A stretch of DNA of 64,000 nt from Haliotis rufescens (Eukaryota): contig NW_025964223.1 in NCBI RefSeq assembly GCF_023055435.1, forward strand, positions 248,001 through 312,000, in the 5' to 3' direction. This document shows positions 56,602 to 64,000 of this stretch, in pieces (within the stretch, counting starts at the first letter, position 1; the number at the start of each line of letters is the position of its first letter). The notes beneath the pieces were generated by a model. The model searched no databases and was not told where the DNA came from. It saw only the letters and a list, made by a program, of their open reading frames with translations. A program made the translations under genes and the position numbers.

Positions 56602-57899
56602 GTCCTCACCTAGTCACACGATTCAAGAGGGAATGTTCGCAACTTCCATTGTTTGAAAGAATAAAGTACATGCTGTGATACTGAAATAAAGTTTCCTTAC
56701 ATAAACGTAATGTAAAAACAATCCACGAAAACTTCTCATCCTTGCATATTATCTGGTTTCCATAGCAACTGCCTGGCAGTGGGTAGCAGTTTCTTTAGGC
56801 AGTTGTGTTCTGATTCCCCTTTTCCTCCCAATGAAAACCACAGTATTGCATACAAAGTAACTTCAACACGATGCAAAGATGTTTTTAAGTACTGGCTCTA
56901 TCTGTCACAGATCCCATCTCCTCTTAACTATCACACTGATTCAGTGTCCAGAGCAATGATGAAAATTAAAACTGTTACACTGTACACGCTCTGATTACAC
57001 TTTGTCCAAGTGGAGGGACAACACACTGATGCATCGGTGGATTGCGTTTTTTACTTCTCGATACAAGTATCGATCACAGTCACACACTAAGTATAAAGTA
57101 TTGATTCTTACCTTAAACATGTTAAAGTTAAATGTTTCCTTGAAAATAGTGTTACACCAAACACTAATTACTAGTGAAAATGAGTAGTGAAAACGTAAAT
57201 ATTATCATCCTTTGCACCATACCTGACACTGCCAACTGTTAATCATTAGTGGTCCAAGTATGAAAAAGATGGCTTACGCACCACAGATAAGTGCACATGT
57301 AAGTATCACGATACGTATCAGATCGTGAGCAAGGTATGGTGATACATATCGGAATCGCACAGTGAGTGTACTGTCCCAGCCCTACTTTGTCGGCAGGTCA
57401 ACTTGCATCTTACCTATCATTCACCATGCCAACCCAAAACCCCAGACAAAAGTTTTTATCTGTTTATCCACCATCAGACTTTTGAGCTGCCCCCTAAACA
57501 GCTGGCAGAGAGACGTTGCTGACGTGTGACATACTTCATTACGTATGCATCTGGTGACTTTCACCCACACACCACCATCAGCACCATGGGGAACGCCAAC
57601 ATAATGTCACTTGAAATTGATAGCTGGCATGCCGAATCCATATAGAATAGTCGGGACCAAAATATCAAGATACATATTCCACATACAAATATGAGCAAAC
57701 ATGGAACTCATGTCGCTAGATTCTGTGACCTTGGCCGCGATTACAAGTGTTCTAGCCTAGTAATTATCTGTTCTGTCTAGTGAGTGTAGTCCATAAAATA
57801 ACACTAAACACTACTGAAAATTATGCATAGAGCCATGTTCGGGCTAGTACTCTGTAGGTGAGATGAAATTGGGTTTAACGTCGCGTCCAAGATTATTGC

Positions 57900-58028
57900 N
57901 NNNNNNNNNNNNNNNNNNNNNNNNNNNNNNNNNNNNNNNNNNNNNNNNNNNNNNNNNNNNNNNNNNNNNNNNNNNNNNNNNNNNNNNNNNNNNNNNNNNN
58001 NNNNNNNNNNNNNNNNNNNNNNNNNNNN
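57900..58028. other. Assembly gap (N run)
   Basis: N bases. Confidence 1.
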
Positions 58029-59268
58029 GGTACCAGTCCTTGTCATAGCCCCTTAATGCAGGGCAACAACAAGTACCATCTTTTTAACGTCTTTGGTATG
58101 ACACGACCGGGGATCGAACCTTGGACCTTCCGGTATCTGGAGCTCTGACACATGTAGACACATTTCTCCGTTTCCCTGATTTATTGGGTCTGTCCAATGA
58201 GGTTTCATCATATTCATAATGCCAGTGACAACATCATCGACTCTATGTCAGCTGTAAGGCCATTATTTACTGTTAACATCACAACAAACGGTAGAATGAT
58301 GTTAGGACTCAACCACACGTTCCAGAAACTACTGGAATAAACGTTTTATCCTCTGGACGAATAACGTATATATATACAAATACATCCAGTGTTTGGAAAT
58401 AATTTTAAACCCCAACAAGACAGTCAGCAATGACCCATAAGTGTTGCCTGCCCATCTTCAAAGTTACCAGCCCACATTCAGACATAATAAACATGATAAA
58501 TATTGAACTATCGCGAACAAAATATAAGAGAAAAATTGCGTCTTGATTCAGTTGAAATAATACAAACAATTACTTGTGAATCTATGCATGCTATGAGGAG
58601 TTAGATAAGCTGAATATGTAAGTTGGCTTACAATTATCTGCCAGACAGTCGGGCAGGTGGAGAAAAATTTCATGCAGCCCGACAGAAAAGTTACCAGCCA
58701 CGGGCCGCTGGGGAGGCAGTTATTCCGGACACGGTATACATCATGATACATGTAAGTGTAAAGTAATAATGATTTTTCTCAGGACCATAACAGTTTTATT
58801 TTCCATAGAACAGTTCAACACTGCTTGTAAAACTGGTCCTATCCCTTGACATGCACATCCTCACAGAAAGCAGTGCTTGACATGAAGAGGCCCTTAGGTT
58901 TTCTACTAAGGAATGCCGCAAACCTACATTATTTATTAATATACAGGATCCTACACAAATCACACTGAAACAAACTATTCTATTCAACATCAGTTTGTAA
59001 TATTCCCAGGGACTTGATTCTAAACATGTTTCAGTTTTAAATACACATCATCCCTGAACACTTCAGAGGATTTCCCTTGAGAAGAATGACAGATACATAC
59101 ATTAACCTCATGCTCTAGGTAAAAGTAGGCGAAACTGATGCAATGGTAATGTATTGCAGATAAGAAAAAACTATTGATTTTGTCTATGTGAGTGTGAAAG
59201 TCTAACATTCCCCATGGAAGATGTGGCACCACAATCAATACTGAACCTTGGCTGGAACATGGAACAGG

Positions 59269-59844
59269 NNNNNNNNNNNNNNNNNNNNNNNNNNNNNNNN
59301 NNNNNNNNNNNNNNNNNNNNNNNNNNNNNNNNNNNNNNNNNNNNNNNNNNNNNNNNNNNNNNNNNNNNNNNNNNNNNNNNNNNNNNNNNNNNNNNNNNNN
59401 NNNNNNNNNNNNNNNNNNNNNNNNNNNNNNNNNNNNNNNNNNNNNNNNNNNNNNNNNNNNNNNNNNNNNNNNNNNNNNNNNNNNNNNNNNNNNNNNNNNN
59501 NNNNNNNNNNNNNNNNNNNNNNNNNNNNNNNNNNNNNNNNNNNNNNNNNNNNNNNNNNNNNNNNNNNNNNNNNNNNNNNNNNNNNNNNNNNNNNNNNNNN
59601 NNNNNNNNNNNNNNNNNNNNNNNNNNNNNNNNNNNNNNNNNNNNNNNNNNNNNNNNNNNNNNNNNNNNNNNNNNNNNNNNNNNNNNNNNNNNNNNNNNNN
59701 NNNNNNNNNNNNNNNNNNNNNNNNNNNNNNNNNNNNNNNNNNNNNNNNNNNNNNNNNNNNNNNNNNNNNNNNNNNNNNNNNNNNNNNNNNNNNNNNNNNN
59801 NNNNNNNNNNNNNNNNNNNNNNNNNNNNNNNNNNNNNNNNNNNN
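59269..59844. other. Assembly gap (N run)
   Basis: N bases. Confidence 1.
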
Positions 59845-61421
59845 AAAAAAAAAAAAATTTACATGAAGGTATGGTTACATTTACAGCGGTAAAAACTAAC
59901 CTTTTTGGCCCACTAGTGCCAATTTCTAACCCTGATTTACAGTGCGTCCTCAGCCACCACGTTCTGTCATGCATACAGGTGGCGCTGTGCTACTTCTGCT
60001 ATTACGGGAGGTAACTGTATTAGTTCCTGTTCTATTATAGCGTATCATGATCTCACAAATTGATGATTCAAGTATCATGTGTACCTAAGTATCGATATCG
60101 TAGATATAAGTGAATTGTTACAACCCTGAGGTCGTATATCATAATCTTGGAAACAATTATAAAAAAACTAGGTTTATAACATGAAAACAAAGTAAAGTGA
60201 ATTAATGATTGTCAATAATTTTTGTTTTCATTCTGATAGAGTTAGGCGTTAATCATTGACGTCATATCGCTTGGTCTTAGTATTTGCAGAAGACAAATAA
60301 AACAGGTTTACTTTTAAATCTTTAAAAAACACAACTGAATCATGATTGGTTGGTTGGTTTGTTGTTTAACGCCTCACTCAGCAATATTCCAGCTGTATGA
60401 CGGCCGTCTGTAAATAATAGAGTCTGGGCCAGACAATCCAGTGATTAATATCATGAGCATCGATCCACACAATATGGTTAGATGTAAACATAGATTATCT
60501 AACCATGATACAACAAGAATGTTTAAAAGTTAGAAATATTTCTTTCAACTTTTGTTTTATTGTAGGATTGATATTATGTACGTGTGAATTACAAGTTAAA
60601 TGTCTTGGCATTATTCAAGAGCAAAATTCGACTAAAATCTTGAAAATAATGAAAACTTAGTGTACTGATTAATACAAAAAAAAAAAAATTCTGCATTTCT
60701 GTGATGAGACATTTTTGGGAAATATTTCCGCAATCGCAGAATTAGTCTGGGAGAGCAATATATTTGTGACTACTGGACACACATTTCTGTGTTGTGAAAA
60801 ACCTTGAGTACTAATTCATGTGTCATGTTGCAGTGATTATCAATATACTCATTGTTGTAATAGTTTCAGGGCAAGCAATGTCTGCATCGTGACATGTTCC
60901 AATGGCAGCATTAGAAATTGGCACTAGTCCTGTAGTCCTTGCCAAACTGCCCAATAGTAAAGGTTCCTAAGGACTACCGGTAGTAGAAATGTGTCCTTTT
61001 TAAGGGTTTTGCTATATGTTATCATTATAAGGACTAGTGGGCTAGACCTCTTAATTTCTATCGCTGCTATGGGGACAACCTTGACCTTCCCGTGTGTAAA
61101 AGGTTTCACACTGCTTGCAAGATGGACCATCTTGACCAAAATGTTAACTGGCCAGTTTGAGAGACATCTACCAAGAGACATCTACTTAAAAGAATTCTGT
61201 GACAGGAAACCTACCCTACCATTTGGGTGATTTCCTTTCACTATTTTTTTTCCTTGGACACAATGACATTTACACATTCCGAGTAGGGTTTGTGTATTGG
61301 CACTTAAATCGTATTGCAATATATCCCAATTAGGAGAACTGTATCGCGATGCATATCGCAATATTTATTGGAGCCTAAATATATATATTTGTACAGTTCA
61401 AAAGGTTCTTCATTCAATCAT

Positions 61422-61927
61422 CAGAGCTCCAGATAAGCTGTGTATCTGCGTGAAATACGCATCAGAAATGCAGAAATACACAGTAAAATATAATCCAAGC
61501 GTATCAAATACGCAACAAACATTTCAGATACGCTACAAAAATAAAATTTGTGCGTATAATCAAAATATTGTGAAGTAACCCTGCGTATTCGATTAGCAAA
61601 TCAGCAACTTATTTTGAAATTATAAACGGGCATTCCGTCAACCTTGTCATACTCCACGATGACAGTTACATCATGATCATTTGCCATCACACTTTCGTGT
61701 GGAAGTATCGTGGTATTTTTGAGTCCTATAAAGCTCTCGAACCCACACGACACCAGTTTGCAGGGACTAGATGAATAGTGTTTTTAAATATTTAACTTAA
61801 ATACCCACATGTGTAAAAACTAGTGGGTAACAGAAATTTGAATACGCAGATAGAATTACTGATACCCAATGATTTTAAAATGCATGGGTAAAATACCCAC
61901 AACACCAAAAGCTTATCTGGAGCTCTG
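61422..61927. mobile_element. Non-autonomous DNA transposon with 18-bp TIRs and a 5-bp TSD
   Basis: CAGAGCTCCAGATAAGCT / AGCTTATCTGGAGCTCTG; ATCAT on both flanks; a degenerate relative lies at about 62301-62731. Confidence 0.75.
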
Positions 61928-61952
61928 ATCATACAAACTTCAGATTGCAAGA

Positions 61953-62180
61953 TGGGTAGTATGAATAGGCCTTCAGCAACCCATACTTACCGTAAAAGGT
62001 GACTATGCTTGTCGTAAGAGGCAACTAAAGGGATCGGGTGGTCAGGCTTGCTGACTTGGTTGATGCATGTCATCGATCCCAATTGCGTGGATCAATGCTC
62101 ATGATATCAATCACTGGAATGTCTGGTCCAGACTCAATTATTTACAGACCACTGCCATAGAGCTGGAATATTGCTGTGTG
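61953..62180 (+). mobile_element. Family A copy
   Basis: Match to the 15350 and 30046 copies. Confidence 0.8.
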
Positions 62181-62920
62181 CAATAAATCAGTGAATAAAT
62201 CAGTAAGGAATGTTAATGTAAACAGCATGAAGCATGTGTTGTTTATTGGTTTACATGGTTAAACCTGGAACCCAGTCTACCCAAATGCATCAAGATAATA
62301 CACAGCTCCAGATAACCTTTTTGATCAATTAAGTTTTTACTCAATTGGTTCTATTCTAATTGGGTTATTTAATGTTTCATTGGGTAACCAATATTGTTTC
62401 ACTCATCTATTCATCACTCTATTGGGTTTTTCCTAAAATGAGTATGCATTGTGAGATTTGAAAAAAAAAGAAATAATGTTTTAGAAGTATATGACGCTTT
62501 TAAATGTAGGCTTGACTCGGAAAGTAAAGTAGCTTGTAATTGTGTTTTGGAAATTAGCTTCGTTGAACGCATGCTGAAAAAGCTTCTTGGGTATTTACGC
62601 GCGCTGTTTTCAAATAATTGAGTTTTTCATTTAATGCATGCGTTTCTGTATGCAACTTAATTGAAAGTAATTGGGTTTTGAATAATTTTGGGTGGTATTT
62701 TACGTAAATACGCAGCTTATATGTAGCTCTGCACAAGGTTGTACTGCGGAATGTGTTGCAATATCCCGGTATACCAGCTACATTGTACACGCCTACGCAT
62801 TCCCTAGAACCATGTGACGGTGGTCCACCGTGGCCCTAAACTAAGATGTCGTGTATCCAAATATGATATGTAACAGAAATAGAACTTTTCATTAGGTAAG
62901 CAACAGAAACACTATCTTAC

Positions 62921-63001
62921 CGTGTCCCCAGACAGAGCATAGGAAGCCAGCAGTCCACCAACAAACCGGATGTTGGTCTCAAACACAGATAATTCAGTTG
63001 A
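62921..63001 (-). CDS. MAN1A: Class I alpha-1,2-mannosidase (GH47, MAN1A-like) exon STELSVFETNIRFVGGLLASYALSGDT
   Basis: Catalytic FETNIR motif; TTTGCAG| acceptor, ACG|GTAAGA donor; 81 nt; upstream exons lie outside the window. Confidence 0.93.
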
Positions 63002-63489
63002 CTGCAAAAAGAAAGAATACATATAAATAGATGTATAGAAACGCAGAAAGAAATGAGGTAAAACTACATTATTTCATGTATGAGCATTGGCCACTGGCTA
63101 ATCTGCTATGCAGTCCAGCCATAGCACAGCAACCTTAAAATAATCAAGTCCAGAATAGACGAACCAGTGACTGAATGCATGAGCATCAATCCCTAGCTTC
63201 GGGTGAGGGTGACAAGTTATCAATTAAGCCATAGAGTCTGATCACTCCATCGTAAATACAATTTTTAGTCGGATCAAACGAAAAAAACACGAAGGAGCTA
63301 TTCTAAAATGTTCTAACCCAGAATTTAGATTTTAACAGTGATGTTTTAGCCCACATAGCGTGCATTTGGGGGCTTGAATATGTGTTTTCATCATCGGGTG
63401 CAAACACTTTAACAGCTGGGCCACCCGTGTCCCCTTCCCCCAGAATGCTGTTGGAGTGGCCTGATTAACATGTTTAAGGAAACTGAAGC

Positions 63490-63763
63490 NNNNNNNNNNN
63501 NNNNNNNNNNNNNNNNNNNNNNNNNNNNNNNNNNNNNNNNNNNNNNNNNNNNNNNNNNNNNNNNNNNNNNNNNNNNNNNNNNNNNNNNNNNNNNNNNNNN
63601 NNNNNNNNNNNNNNNNNNNNNNNNNNNNNNNNNNNNNNNNNNNNNNNNNNNNNNNNNNNNNNNNNNNNNNNNNNNNNNNNNNNNNNNNNNNNNNNNNNNN
63701 NNNNNNNNNNNNNNNNNNNNNNNNNNNNNNNNNNNNNNNNNNNNNNNNNNNNNNNNNNNNNNN
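63490..63763. other. Assembly gap (N run)
   Basis: N bases. Confidence 1.
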
Positions 63764-64000
63764 TCAGTTATATCACAGTGTGTCAGCTTAATGTGGTAGG
63801 AAAGCCCAAGTGATGGAGGCTCTTGAGATGTACCACTTTAGTGATACCTACGGGAGCAGGAAAAGTACGGACAAACCTAGCAAATTGGGGTGAACTGGGA
63901 TTCAAACCCACAATCATAGGTTTCTTGCTTGCCCAAGGGATGCAAGTCTGCACAGCAAATTGCGACTGGGACACCTGCCCCCCCCCCACACTCCACTTAA

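Noticed and set aside
57804-63799. Long ORFs containing X
   Set aside because: They span N gaps

Overview
Eukaryotic, intron-rich animal genomic DNA. The SINE and repeat content suggests a mollusc, possibly a gastropod such as abalone; this is an inference and was not verified. Two spliced genes lie on the minus strand. (1) A SON splicing-cofactor homolog has 9 coding exons reconstructed between 20206 and 3377 with consistent GT-AG phases. Its G-patch/dsRBM exons were not found in 1-3376 and presumably lie left of the window. (2) The 3' two-thirds of a Golgi class I alpha-1,2-mannosidase (GH47, MAN1A-like) has 9 exons from 63001 to the stop at 40123. The rest is introns and intergenic DNA with minisatellite arrays, at least four SINE-like families, hAT-type MITEs with TSDs, a Helentron-type HINE, long palindromes and three N gaps. 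Most long ORFs in the ORF track are artefacts of tandem repeats or gaps. The most notable observations are: tandem arrays whose repeat unit contains a real splice junction (about 66 copies of a SON 5' splice site; about 10 copies of a MAN1A 3' splice site); an inverted pair of minimal hammerhead-like motifs resembling a Penelope remnant; complete strand bias of the tRNA-headed SINEs; and 29-36 bp micro-transposons with 7-bp TSDs.
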